From Octopus sinensis (lineage: Eukaryota), in the NCBI RefSeq assembly GCF_006345805.1, contig NC_043011.1, positions 34,732,464 to 34,796,463 of the forward strand: a stretch of 64,000 nt of DNA, read 5' to 3'. Below, piece by piece: positions 38,005 to 51,699 of this stretch (within the stretch, counting starts at the first letter, position 1; each line of letters opens with the position of its first letter). The notes beneath the pieces were generated by a model that was given only the letters and a program-made list of their open reading frames with translations, was not told where the DNA came from and made no database searches. Both the position numbers and the translations under genes were made by a program.

Positions 38005-39366
38005 ACTCTTTTACTTGTTTCAGTCATTTGACAGCAGCCATGCTGGAGCACCGCCTTTAGTCGAGCAAATCGACCCCGGGACTTATTCTTTGTAAGCCCA
38101 GTACTTATTCTATCAGTCTCTTTTGCCAAACCGCTAAGTGACGGGGACGTAAACACACCAGCATCGGTTGTCAAGCGATGTAGGATGGGACAAACACAGA
38201 CACACAAACATATACACACACATACATCATCATCATCATCATCATCGTTTAACGTCCGTTCTCCATGGGTTGGACGTTTCGACCGGGGATCTGGGAAGCC
38301 AGAAGGCTGCACCAGGCTCCGGTCTTATCTGGCAATGTTTCTACAGCTGGATGCCCTTCCTAACGCCAACCACTCCGTGAGTATAGTGGGTGCTTTTTAC
38401 GTGCCACCTGCACTGGAGCCAGGCGAGGCTGGCATCGGGCATGACTCGGATAGTGCTTTTTATGTATCTCCAGTCCAGGGGTCCTGGCATCTGCCGGGTG
38501 CCGGTCATAGGATTGGTTCAATTTCGATTCCGATTTCGATTTCGATTTCACTTGCCCCAACAGGTCTTTGCAAGCAAAGGGCATAGGTGCCTGTCGTCGG
38601 ATGAGGTTCGATATCGACTTCGCTTGCCTCAACAGGTCTTTGTGTGTCCAAGGGAGGAAAGGTATGCATAAGTGGGCTGGACTCACTTGTCCTGCCTGGT
38701 CTTTTCACGCACAGCATATTTCCAATGGTCTCGGTCGCTGGTCATTTCCTCAGTGAGACCTAAAGTTCGATGGTCATGCTTTACCACCTCGTCCCAAGTT
38801 TTCCTGGGTCTACCTCTTCCACGGGTTCTCTCCACTGCTAGGGATTGACACTTTTTCACACACCTATCTTCATCCATTCTCGCCACATGACCATACCAGC
38901 GCAATCGTCTCTCTTGCACACCACAACTGATGCTCCTTAGGTCCAACATTTCTCTCAGGGTACTAACGCTCTGTCAAGCATGCACACTGACATTACACAT
39001 CCATCGGAGCATACTGGCTTCATTTCTCGCGAGCTTACGCATGTCCTCAGCAGTCATGGCCCATGTTTCACTGCCATGTAGCATGGCTGTTCGTACACAT
39101 GCATCATACAGTCTGCCTTTTACTCTGAGTGAGAGGCCTTTAGTCACCAGCAGAGGTAAGAGCTCGCTAAACTTTGCCCAGGCTATTCTTATACATATAT
39201 ATGACAGGCTTCTTTCAGTTTCTGTCTACCAAATCCACTCACAAGGCTTTGGTTGGCCCGAGGCTATAGCAGAAGACACTTGCCCAAGATGCCACGCAGT
39301 GGGACTGAACCCAGAACCATGTGGCTGGTTAGCAAGCCACTTACCACACAGCCACTCCTGCGCCTA
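38005..39366 (-). mobile_element. SINE family 1 split by a truncated RTE (38225-39190)
   Basis: SINE tail at 38005-38224 and SINE head at 39197-39366. Between them lie the RTE (CAT)n tail, UTR and ORF end (KTRQDK*), with atacat on both sides. Confidence 0.85.
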
Positions 39367-39506
39367 TGTATGTATGTATGTATGTATGTATGTATGTATG
39401 TGTGTGTGTATGTATGTATGTATGTGTATGTATGTATGTAGGTGTGAGCATATATGTGTGTGTGTAAATCATTGTCTATGCATATACAGTATGTATATAT
39501 GTGTAG

Positions 39507-39545
<39 letters not shown>

Positions 39546-39628
39546 AAGAGATACAGATATAGATATGTATATACACATATAAATGTATGTGTGTATATAT
39601 ATGTGTTTGTGTGTCTATATATATACAC

Positions 39629-39669
<41 letters not shown>

Positions 39670-40096
39670 TATGCATATGCATGTATGTATACACATACAC
39701 ACACACATGATTCATTGCCAGCAACTACAGATAGTAGAAGGAATTCCAAAAGAAAATTATTGCTTTTATAAAAGTACAGAATTACCATAATTTCCCAAAT
39801 TAACTTAATTAGATGCATATGAAGGTAACCGAAGATACGTAAAATATCAAGCAATCTGGTTACACAATATATGTGGGCTTGTGAGTATGAACATATATAT
39901 GTATGTATGTGTATATGTATATGTGTGTGCATGTGTGTATGTATGTATATATGTATGTATGTGTGTATGTATGTATGTATGTATGTATGTATGTATATAT
40001 GTATGTATGTATGTATATATACACACATTTACATACATACATATATATATATACACACGCATACATACACACATATGTATGCATATACATACATGC

Positions 40097-40134
<38 letters not shown>

Positions 40135-40420
40135 ACATTATATGCACACACATGTATTTGTATATATGTACATGTGTGAGCATATATATAATATTTGTAT
40201 GAGTGTTTGTGCGTGTGTGTGTATGTGTGTGTGTGTGTCTGTACATGTATATGCACACACACGTGTATTTGTATATATCTATGTACATGTGTGAGCATAT
40301 GTATATGTTTGTATGAGTGTGAGTGCATGTGTGTGTGTGAGTGTGTGTGTGTGTGTGTTGTGTGTGTGTGTGTGTGGTGTGTGTGTGTGTGTGTGGTGTG
40401 TGTGTTTGTGTGTGTGTGTT
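39366..40420. repeat. ~1-kb compound TATG/GATA/TA/TG microsatellite field
   Basis: Directly visible. Confidence 0.9.
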
Positions 40421-40989
40421 TCTATAAATTACAATCATTAGGAATGGTTCATTGGCAAAAGACATGCCGTGTATTTAGATTTCGCTGTAATACAATACTG
40501 GCAAAAAAAAATACATCCTACCCCCACCCCTGCCACCACCACCACCACCACCACCACCAACACCACCACCGTAGATATTCCCTTCCTGGTTCTTCGATCT
40601 GATAAGGTATTTTAAATATCCAAGTGTTTACTTCAAATACCAGAAAACTAAAGAAAGAGGTGAACGATTTTCAACTACTGCAACAGTAGTGGAAATTTTG
40701 AACCAAACTACACACACATACACACACACGCATGCATGCGCATATATATATACATACATAAATGTATCATCACCATCATCGTCGTCGTCGTCATCATCAT
40801 CATCAGCATCATCATCTTCATCATCGTTCTCATTTGCCACCCGTTATCCATGTGGGCATTTGCTGGACAGCTTGGCAGATGCCAGCAAGGCCAGGAGCCA
40901 CACCAGGCTCCATTGTCTGTTTTGATGTTGTTTCTACATCTGGATGCCCTTCCTAACGCCAACTATTTTATAGAGTGCATTGGGTGATT

Positions 40990-43900
40990 TTTACATGACA
41001 CCAGCACCAGTGCATTTTATGTGGTACCATTACTGGTACTTTTTACATGGTACCAGTGCTTTTCATGTAGTATCATTAGTGGTACTTTTTACATGGCACC
41101 AGCATCAGTGCTTTTATGTGACACCATTACTGGTACTTTTAAGTGGTACAAGTGCTTTGCATGTAGTTCATTAGTGTACTTTTTACATGGCACCAGCATC
41201 AGTGCTTTTTATGTGACACCATTACTGGTACTTTTTACGTGGTACAAGTGTTTTCATGTAGTATCATTAGTGGTACTTTTTACATGGCACCAGCATCAGT
41301 GCTTTTTATGTGCACCAATTACTGGTACTTTTTACATGGTACCAGTGCTTTTCATGTAGTATCATTAGTGGTACTTTTTACATGGCACCAGCATCAGTGC
41401 TTTTATGTGACACCATACTGGTACTTTTTACGTGGTACAAGTGCTTTGCATGTAGTATCATTAGTGGTGGATACTTTACATGGCACCAGCATCAGTGCTT
41501 TTTATGTGACACCATTACTGGTACTTTTTACGTGGTACAAGTGCTTTGCATGTAGTATCATTAGTGGTACTTTTTACATGGCACCAGCATCAGTGCTTTT
41601 TATGTGACACCATTACTGGTACTTTTTACGTGGTACAAGTGCTTTGCATGTAGTATCATTAGTGGTACTTTTTACATGGCACCAGGGCTTTTCATGTAGT
41701 ACCATTACTGGTACTTTTTACGTGGTACAAGTGCTTTGCATGTAGTATCATTACTGGTACTTTTTACGTGGTACAATGCTTTGCATGTAGTACCATTAGT
41801 GGTACTTTTTACATGGCACCAGCATCAGTGCTTTTTATGTGACACCATTACTGGTACTTTTTACGTGGTACAAGTGCTTTGCATGTAGTATCATTAGTGG
41901 TACTTTTTACATTGCACCAGCATCAGTGCTTTTTATGTGACACCATTACTGGTACTTTTTACGTGGTACAAGTGCTTTGCATGTAGTATCATTACTGGTA
42001 CTTTTTACATGGCACCAGCATCAGTGCTTTTTATGTGACACCATTACTGGTACTTTTTACGTGGTACAAGTGCTTTGCATGTAGTATCATTAGTGGTACT
42101 TTTTACATGGCACCAGCATCAGTGCTTTTTATGTGACACCATTACTGGTACTTTTTACGTGGTACAAGTGCTTTGCATGTAGTATCATTAGTGGTACTTT
42201 TTACATGGCACCAGCATCAGTGCTTTTTATGTGACACCATTACTGGTTACTTTTACGTGGTACAAGTGCTTTTCAGTAGTATCATTAGTGGTACTTTTTA
42301 CATGGCACCAGCATCAGTGCTTTTATTGTGACACCATTACTGGTACTTTTTACGTGGTACAAGTGCTTTGCATGTAGTATCATTAGTGGTACTTTTACAT
42401 GGCACCAGCATCAGTGCTTTTATGTGACACCATTACTGGTACTTTTACGTGGTACAAGTGCTTGCATGTAGTATCATTAGTGGTACTTTTTACATGGCAC
42501 CAGCATCAGTGCTTTTTATGTGACACCATTACTGGTACTTTTTACGTGGTACAAGTGCTTTGCATGTAGTATCTTAGTGGTACTTTTTACATGGCACCAG
42601 CATCAGTGCTTTTTATGTGACACCATTAATGGTACTTTTTACGTGGTACAAGTGCTTTGCATGTAGTATCATTAGTGGTACTTTTTACATGGCACCAGCA
42701 TCAGTGATTTTTATGTGACACACCATTACTGGTACTTTTTACGTGGTACAAGTGCTTTGCATGTAGTATCATTAGTGGTATTTTTTACATGGCACCAGCA
42801 TCAGTGCTTTTATGTGACACCATTACTGGTACTTTTTACGTGGTACAAGTGCTTTGCATGTAGTATCATTAGTGGTACTTTTTACATGGCCGCATCAGTG
42901 CTTTTTTTTTATGTGACACCATTACTGGTACTTTTTACGTGGTACAAGTGCTTTGCATGTAGTATCATTAGTGGTACTTTTTACATGGCACCAGCATCAG
43001 TGCTTTTTATGTGACACCATTACTGGTACTTTTTACGTGGTACAAGTGCTTTGCATGTAGTATCATTAGTGGTACTTTTTACATGGCACCAGCATCAGTG
43101 CTTTTTATGTGACACCATTACTGGTACTTTTTACGTGGTACAAGTGCTTTGCATGTAGTATCATTAGTGGTACTTTTTACATGGCACCAGCATCAGTGCT
43201 TTTTATGTGACACCATTACTGGTACTTTTTACGTGGTACAAGTGCTTTGCATGTAGTATCATTAGTGGTACTTTTTACATGGCACCAGCATCAGTGCTTT
43301 TTATGTGACACCATTACTGGTACTTTTTACGTGGTACAAGTGCTTTGCATGTAGTATCATTAGTGGTACTTTTTACATGGCACCAGTGCTTTTCATGTAG
43401 TACCATTACTGGTACTTTTTACGTGGTACAAGTGCTTTGCATGTAGTATCATTACTGGTACTTTTTACGTGGTACAAGTGCTTTGCATGTAGTACCATTA
43501 GTGGTACTTTTTACATGGCACCAGCATCAGTGCTTTTTATGTGACACCATTACTGGTACTTTTTACGTGGTACAAGTGCTTTGCATGTAGTATCATTAGT
43601 GGTACTTTTACATGGCACCAGCATCAGTGCTTTTTATGTGACACCATTACTGGTACTTTTTACGTGTACAAGTGCTTTGCATGTAGTATCATTAGTGGTA
43701 CTTTTTAAATGGCACCAGCATCAGTGCTTTTTATGTGACACCATTACTGGTACTTTTTACGTGGTACAAGTGCTTTGCATGTAGTATCATTAGTGGTACT
43801 TTTTACATGGCACCAGCATCAGTGCTTTTTATGTGACACCATTACTGGTACTTTTTACGTGGTACAAGTGCTTTGCATGTAGTATCATTAGTGGTACTTT

Positions 43901-44630
43901 TTACATGGCACCAGCATCAGTGCTTTTTATGTGACACCATTACTGGTACTTTTACGTGGTACAAGTGCTTTGCATGTAGTATCATTAGTGGTACTTTTTA
44001 CATGGCCAGCATCAGTGCTTTTTATGTGACACCATTACTGGTACTTTTTACGTGGTACAAGTGCTTTGCATGTAGTATCATTAGTGTACTTTTTACATGG
44101 CACCAGCATCAGTGCTTTTTATGTGACACCATTACTGGTACTTTTTACGTGGTACAAGTGCTTTGCATGTAGTATCATTAGTGGTACTTTTTACATGGCA
44201 CCAGCATCAGTGCTTTTTATGTGACACCATTATGGTACTTTTTACGTGGTACAAGTGCTTGCATGTAGTAGTATCATTAGTGGTACTTTTTACATGGCAC
44301 AGCATCAGTGCTTTTTATGTGACCACCATTACTGGTACTTTTTACGTGGTACAAGTGCTTTGCATGTAGTATCATTAGTGGTACTTTTTACATGGCACCA
44401 GCATCAGTGCTTTTTATGTGACACCATTACTGGTACTTTTTACGTGGTACAAGTGCTTTGCATGTAGTATCATTACTGGTACTTTTTACATGGTACCAGT
44501 GCTTTTCATGTAGTACCATTAGTGGTACTTTTTACATGGCACCAGCATCAGTGCTTTTTATGTGGCATCATTGCTGGTACTTTTTACATGGCACCAGCAC
44601 CAGTGCTTTTTATGTGACACCAGTGCTCAC
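40990..44630. repeat. 98-bp satellite array (~3.6 kb) grown from an RTE 3'UTR remnant
   Basis: Unit ggtactttttacatggcaccagcatcagtgctttttatgtgacaccattactggtactttttacgtggtacaagtgctttgcatgtagtatcattagt. The period is 98 (e.g. 43021 and 43119). It is preceded by RTE tail sequence at 40820-40990. Confidence 0.95.
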
Positions 44631-44659
44631 AGGGTCACCTTGCAAGACAAAAACCCTTC

Positions 44660-44702
44660 AACATGTTTCAGCTGATATACCCTCCAGCCTTCATCAGGTG
44701 TC
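44660..44702 (-). ncRNA. Hammerhead fold (family F), CpG-decayed, within a 44657-44880 inverted repeat
   Basis: Minus strand gacac-CTGATGA-a-ggctg-gagggtatat-cagct-GAAAC-at. The plus half-copy at 44851-44885 supplies the 3' strand gtgtt. Confidence 0.5.
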
Positions 44703-44757
44703 TTGGGGAAATTTCAAACCTGGGTTCTCATTCTTAAGGTTTTTTTTCATATTGTTG

Positions 44758-44810
<53 letters not shown>

Positions 44811-45144
44811 ACATGGAAAAATACCTTAGGAATGAGAACCCAGGTTTAAAAGGCTGGAGGGTATATCAGCTGAAACATAGTGTTAACAACAAACAAGATA
44901 AGGACAAATATCAGTCAAATGTAAATAATGTAAATAAGAAAGAAAGCATGTGAGCATAAAATCAATAATTCTAAAGCTGAAAAAAAAATGCTTTCAGCTG
45001 TTAAGAGATGTAATTTTATAATTAAAACTAAATTCAAAACTTGAATTTTGGAACATATTACATGCTCTTTTGTAAAATAAGACCAGTTTCCAATGCTTCG
45101 CTGAAATAATGAAGTTTACAATGGAAATATATATATATGTGCGA

Positions 45145-45358
45145 AGGTGGTGAGCTGGCAGAAACGTTAGCATGCTGGGCAAAATGTTAAGTGGTATTTC
45201 ATTTGCCTTTACGTTCTGAATTCAAATTCCACTGAAGTCGACCTTGCCTTTCATCCTTTCGGAATCAATAAATTAAGTACCGGTTGCATACGGGAGTCGA
45301 TGAGATCGACTGGCCCCCTCCCCAAAAATTTTGGGTCTTGTGCCTAGAGTAGATAAGA
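45145..45358 (+). mobile_element. SINE family 2, full copy
   Basis: aggtggtgagctggcagaaacgttagc...gaattcaaattccactg...gtcttgtgcctagagtagataagaat. Confidence 0.8.
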
Positions 45359-45949
45359 ATGTGTGTGTGCATATTTGTGTGTGTGTGTGTGTGTGTGCGC
45401 GCGTGCGCACGCATGTGTGTGTTTAATGGCCAGTGGTCCATCCAGGGTCGCTGTGCTCAGTCATGCATTGAAAGAAGAAATCTGAACTAGAGACCATAAA
45501 TAACTTCTTTCTATCAAACTCTTTATATGCAATCATACTCACATACAAACACAAACACACACTCACAGATACATACATACACTTTTTGGTGTGTTTTAAT
45601 AACAATTAATTCCCATATGAGTTGCAGCTGCTTCAGAAATGGGTAGCAAAGTGTTTTTTAATTTAATTGAATTGATTCACTAATGTAGTTAAAACTGGTT
45701 ATTTATAAAAAAAAGAGGGCCCATTACATTTTTTAGGATATGTTTGTTTATTGAAAGAGAGCCTCTGCATGCAAGATTGCTGAGAGGTGGGCCCCATCCC
45801 TATATTGAGTGCTACATACCCTTCATAGCAGGAGGGTCTTATATCTGTTGGATACCCAAGGCAATTGCATTCTTTAACCCCCTATAAATCCAACCCTGCC
45901 TGCATTGGATCTTCAGTCTGCAGTGGACCAATGACTGAAACTTGCCACA

Positions 45950-46175
45950 TGAGTAGAACTCATGTCTGAAAACATCGTGACATACTTAGATTGTTGAAAA
46001 AATTGATAATACGTCCCCTAAAAGGGACCTTTATATCTACCTCATATAACTATTTTTATAAACACCCAAGGGAAATAACCCATAGCACTTGTACAATATT
46101 TTTAAACACTCAAGGAAAATAACCCATTTCATTGTTTATATTCGATTACTTTGAATATTGACTTTTTTGTGTGTC
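45950..46175 (+). repeat. Interspersed repeat shared with 57745-57970 and 58010-58150 (DINE/Helitron-like)
   Basis: gagtagaactcat...gattgttgaaaaaa...gggacctttatatctacctcatataac...tcgattactttgaatattg recurs at these positions. Confidence 0.65.
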
Positions 46176-46963
46176 CTATTTCATTAAGGGTATGCATGTC
46201 TTGTGGAGTGCTCAACCACTCACACTTTAGTTTCATGAGTAGACTGTTCCATTGATTGGATCCACTGGGACACTTGCCATCGTAACCAACAAAATGCCAA
46301 TTTAAAAATCATTGTTTTTCATATAACTTCTATAAAAATCATGTGAATTGTTATAAATTAAGTGACTGTCTATAAATGGTGTAGTTTATCAAAGGAAATA
46401 ACACTGTACTAGTTGTAACTGTTTGTAACAGCCATGTAAAAAGGGTTGGTAATAAAGAGGTATATTGTGGAGTGAGCCTTGACAGTACAACTGAGTGAGG
46501 TGGGTATCTTTTACATGGTACGTAGTTGAAAAGCAGAATGTATAGAGAATTATCCACTCAACAAAGAGAAATTCCTGGTGGGGACAGGAAGAGACCAATT
46601 CTTGTTTGGAATTAGACAAATGCAGTGCCTACGTTAGTATGTTATACATTTCGAATATGCAGAATGAACATTCAAAATCATAGATGTATAACAGTGATGT
46701 TTTGATGACAAGCTAGCCAATTTTGTTATTGCAGATATTTCTATCCTTCCAGGTCTGGACATATTTAGTGGGTGTTGCCGTGGTTCTACTTTTGTGTAAG
46801 AAGAAAGAAGTATGTTGAAAGCATTTATGGTCAGATCTGTACAATACTTTTGCAGCTCTACTGTTACTTTTCGTTGTACACTTTCATGCTTTCTTGGAAA
46901 TATTTGCCATCTAGAAAACTGGTGCTAATGACGAGGTAGTTTCGTTGTGTATGTGCATATGTG

Positions 46964-47091
<128 letters not shown>

Positions 47092-47261
47092 CATAGACGC
47101 AAGCGTAGCTGTGTGGTAAGAAGTTTGCTTCCCAACCACATGGTTCTACATTCAGTCTCATTGCGTGACACCTTGGGCAAATGCCGTCTACTATAGCCTT
47201 GGGCCGACCAAAGCCTTATGAGTGGATTTGGTAGGCGGAAACTGAAAGAAGCCTGTCTTAA

Positions 47262-47292
<31 letters not shown>

Positions 47293-47368
47293 TATATAGA
47301 TGAGTGTATTTTTACCTTGTTAATTAACACGGAAAAATAAATAAATAGTTACCTGGGCAGCAAAAATC

Positions 47369-47794
47369 TCACAAGTAAAGATGTTGTAACTCCTTGTTTA
47401 TAAAGGTTGAAACTTCGTGTTTACGTTGAATATTTTGAAATTGTTCATTGTGGTCTTTTAAATCCCAAATCAGTTTGCTGAGACCGGTACTATTCCGTTT
47501 ATTTCTATCCCTAAATGTTGAGTAATGGATAGAAATTCTTTTAGATAACTCTAACGATGTGCTTCCAATGTAAAATCGTACTTTATTACGAGTACTGATT
47601 ATACACTGGTATATAGAATTTTTAATCTTAGAGTTACTTGACATAAATTTAATTCTATTGGAATTGACTTCAGATACAATAACCTTGTTATTAATATTTC
47701 TAGAGGGTTGGATGGTATTAGCTAAATTAATGTTAGTATTAGTAAATGTATTAATATTTAACAGTTTGTTATTATGAGAAGATATAATTTGCAA
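47369..47794 (-). pseudogene. Penelope-like element GIY-YIG endonuclease fragment
   Basis: SIYQCIIS...RFYIGSTS..LSKRISIHYSTF...NSTGLSKLIWDLKD matches the PLE GIY-YIG layout. Confidence 0.8.
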
Positions 47795-48056
47795 GAGATT
47801 TTTTGTGTTTGAAAAACCTATCCTAACCTTATGTGAATTAATTATAGTGCATATAAGTAGTCTTTATATATAATTTAAACTTTAATTTCCTTTATATTTA
47901 ACATTCACTATTAATATCCCTACTCTTTCTGTTAGCTACTTATGACGTTATATCATATAACGTTTTTTTTAAACAATATTAATAGCGTTCTGTCTATCGC
48001 TATACAAATCCATCATTTTTTGCTAAAATGTCGTATTGACGAGTTTCGTTTTTTTC

Positions 48057-48142
48057 ACTTTCCCGAAGAGAAGATTGCATTGTTTATACCATTTATTCTT
48101 TTGAATAGTATCAGTGGAATTTTCGAAACATGTGTCGAAAGT
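48057..48142 (+). ncRNA. Type I hammerhead ribozyme (family D, CCGAAGA core)
   Basis: actttc-CCGAAGA(48063)-gaagatt...aattttc-GAAAC(48125)-atgt-GTC(48134-36)-gaaagt. Stem I is a perfect 6 bp and stem II is 7 bp. Confidence 0.72.
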
Positions 48143-48190
48143 AAAAATACTTGTTTAAACCTGCGTTAACTCCATTTTTTATTCATATAT

Positions 48191-48299
<109 letters not shown>

Positions 48300-48304
48300 A
48301 TATA

Positions 48305-48335
<31 letters not shown>

Positions 48336-48578
48336 TTATGTATATATGTATATTTATGCGTGTGTCTTTGTGTCTGCGATTGTCTTCCATCACCGCTTGA
48401 CAACTGGTGTTGGTGTGTTTAGGTCCCCGTAACCTAGCGGTTCAGCAGAAGAGATTGATAGAATAAGTACTAAGCTTTTCAAAAAGTCCTGGTGTCGATT
48501 TGTTTGACTAAGACCCTTTAAGGCGGTACTCCAGCATGGCCGCAGTCAAATGACTGAAAAAAGTAAAAGAACAAAAGA

Positions 48579-48687
<109 letters not shown>

Positions 48688-48745
48688 ATGTATGTATGTA
48701 TGTATCTCGTCCAGAGATAATATCTTCTATGGACACCTTGTGTAA

Positions 48746-49915
48746 TCTCTTATTATAAAAGGCAGATTTTATCTGCCTCCCTTTGGGAGTTATAGAAATC
48801 TACAATATAGGATTTCTTCAATTACAATTTACCTAGCATTTTTGAGAGTACAATGCATCGCGTCATGCCAGGTCCAGTTTTTAAAATTTAAACTCCAATT
48901 AAGCAAAATTTACAGAAAACTCACATTCTGGTGTGTGTGTCAAATGCTTTTCTTAGTCTGGTTTACACCACACGCAAACGCACACACACAGTGGGCAACG
49001 AATAAAATGAAAGTAAATGTAATATTTGTTTCTGTCTATCACGCTGATAGATACATGAGTAAAATGTATGGGAAGCTAACAGATAACAGTGAGTGAAAAT
49101 GTTCTTGGAAGAGAGTAAATTAGCGACAGTGATTTGAGGAAGACTAACTGAAACTATGAAACAGTGTTTATGTATAAAGACGACACTTATATAAACCCTT
49201 TCGTTACCAAACCCCCGAATTTACCTATTCATATTTAAATGAGAATATCAGAGTAAATCTCTTTAGTACATTCGTGAAAACACGTATTATACTTCGTAAA
49301 CACTTCAAATACAGTTTTGTACAAAAATCGAAGTGTAATTTTAATTCCGTGAATTATGGGAGATTTTTTTCCGAAATTTGTTCCTATTGTGTTTTCAAAA
49401 TTTGTAATTCTGACAAAAAATGGATACGAATTTCATTATATCAAGCAGCGAGTCAGAATTCGAAGGATTTTCTACTGAAGACCTTCATAAATCTAACTCT
49501 ATGACTGAAAAAAAAAAGCATCTTTATATAAGAGTGAAGTTGTGTGTCTGTCCCCTTCGATTTACATTCGTAATTACTCCCACATTTTGCGGTGCAGTTT
49601 AACCAAAAGCGGGTATTTTATAGTCGTGATTCATATCGAGCCCTTCTGGGTATTAGCGCGCGTCTACGATGAGTCTACGATTAAAAAAAAATTTACCATC
49701 ATATTTTTCCATTTTAATGCATTTTTTTCGCTTTTATATAAGGGAAGTAACTCTCTAAAAATATCTACGATGTGTCAACGATTTAAAAAATTTACCTTAA
49801 TTTTTTTTTCAATTTTTAATGCATTTTTTTTGCTATTTTTTGGCTATAACTCTCTAAAAATGCTTATATAGTTATTTCCCTTACAAACCCGAGCAACGCC
49901 GGGCGATACTGCTAG
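48746..49915 (+). mobile_element. Non-autonomous Helitron with canonical termini
   Basis: A|TCTCTTATTATAAAA at the 5' end. The hairpin cccgagcaacgccggg and CTAG|T form the 3' end. It is not proven that both ends belong to one insertion. Confidence 0.6.
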
Positions 49916-50151
49916 TAACACAATAAGTGTATGTCAGAGGGAAACGGAAATTCGTCCCAGCAGCGGCGAGTGAGGATGCCATATGCATTTTTGCCTCGTT
50001 AAGTATAATCAATAACGTGTGCTCACAGCCAGCATGTTTAGACGAAGTCTGTCACCATCGATATGCTTGTATGGATTTTTATTCAGCTGTGCGGCTTCCT
50101 TCAACATCAGTAATTGATTTTCTTTTTATTCACCGTTTTCCTACATATTAG

Positions 50152-50210
50152 TGATGATGGACTCCCTATATATATCGGTGATGGCGGGTTTCTAAGTATG
50201 CTGGTTGTGG
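50152..50210 (+). CDS. Candidate upstream exon of the SLC16-like gene
   Basis: A polypyrimidine tract plus AG at 50150-51 and a GT at 50211. It encodes DDGLPIYIGDGGFLSMLVV, resembling the MCT DGGWGWVVV motif, and joins the next exon in phase 1. The start codon was not found. Confidence 0.45.
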
Positions 50211-51059
50211 GTACACGTTATCGATGACGACCAACCAGGTTCCAATTGACTTTATCTCAATGCATTTGTTCGGAAAACAGTAATACGTTTCTCTCTTTCC
50301 TTCCCCACGCCTCTCAGTGGAATCCTTGATAGTGGTAGAGAAAGCACCGGTTGCATTAGGGGATGGGGGTTCTTAGGGAGACTTTACTAGAGAAAATAAT
50401 TTTCTAATATAGGCACAAGGCCAACAATTAGGTGGGAGCTGGTATAGTTGATTACACCAACTATAGAGCTCAACTTGTACTAATGTTATCGACCTGGAAG
50501 GGATAGAGAGCAAAGCATGGTGAATGGATTTGGTATGTGGAAACTGAAAGAAGCCTGTCGTATGTGTATTTGTATGTGCGTGTGTTTATGTTTGCCACAC
50601 CATCGCTGGACAACTGGTTTTGATTTGTTTGTCTCTGCAACATGGCAATTCAGACAAAAAGAAAAAACACAGACTGAAAAAAAAAAAAGAATTCCTGGAG
50701 TCAGTTTGTTCGGTTAAACCTTTCAAGGTGGTGTTCCAGCATGGCCATAGTCCAACGACTAAAACAATTTTAAAAAAGGTTTTTAAACAACGAATCCAGA
50801 TTGAGGACTCTGGTCATACTGAGGAGACTGGCATCAGATATTTCTGTACATAATTTAAGATAGACAGACGATGCTTGACAATCGAGAAAACGCTATTAGA
50901 AAATTTGTTTACAATTAATGGGGAAATTTTAAGAAATTATTTCGAAATTTCTATAAGAAATTTAGAAACATAACTGAATACCATATACTATGTTTGAATT
51001 TGTGAAAACCAAAACAAATAAAAAAATTTTTTAACTATTTTTCTTGTGGTTGTTTACAG

Positions 51060-51203
51060 CTACGACAACATTAATGATTCTTGTGATGGGTAACAGTCGG
51101 AGTTTTGGCATTTTTTTCATCGAGATTCTAAAAATGTTCAACGCATCTTCATCAGCCATATCAACAATTCTGAGTGCTGAACATGTAGCAAGTTGTTTAA
51201 CAG
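51060..51203 (+). CDS. MFS/SLC16 monocarboxylate-transporter-like gene, exon
   Basis: ttacag| ... |gtaaga, phase 1/1. Encodes ATTTLMILVMGNSRSFGIFFIEILKMF...SCLTG. Confidence 0.85.
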
Positions 51204-51555
51204 GTAAGAATATCTATATCTATATAACACAGGATGTGTGTTTGTCATGTCGTTAAAACTCGAGATCCACCCAACCGATTTTAATGAAATTTACGCCTAA
51301 AGCGGGTCCAGGGACAGATATACCACACTTTTTAAGCATTTTCGCAGCGTCAAGCATATCGTCCGGTGCGATAACGATTCTGTCAGTTCATCACCATGTA
51401 ACTGCTTAATAATAACACGTAATATATATTGGGTAAAGACAGTGTTTCGTTGTCACAGTTAAGACATTAACATAAGACATTACAGATATGGCACGTAACA
51501 CAACAGTTTGGTCATAACTAGGATGCATACTTCATTCTTTTATGTTCTTTTCTAG

Positions 51556-51699
51556 GATTTGCGGCGATGAACTTTCTGGCCAAATTCATTTCATTCAGAA
51601 CATTTGTCCTCTGTGGTTCTGTTTTGAGTGCGCTGACTTTTATCTGTGATTTTGTTACCAAAGATGTATTTTGGCTGCCCTTCTTTCATGTATTTAATG
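51556..51699 (+). CDS. SLC16-like gene, exon
   Basis: tttctag| ... |gtaagt, phase 1/1. Encodes the hydrophobic GFAAMNFLAKFISFRTFVLCGSVLS...HVFNG. Confidence 0.8.

Noticed and set aside
39264-40602. Many overlapping YI/CV/HT ORFs (also near 9.2, 15.1, 29.3, 30.6 and 48.1 kb)
   Set aside because: They are translations of dinucleotide and tetranucleotide microsatellites.
40990-44630. Regular repeat array as a CRISPR
   Set aside because: The units are contiguous with no unique spacers, there are no cas genes, and the context is eukaryotic. It is a satellite.
49420-49602. MDTNFIISSSESEFEGFSTEDL as the first exon of the transporter or a piggyBac gene
   Set aside because: It lies inside the putative Helitron and has no downstream domain or suitable donor site. 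It may be a captured TE relic.
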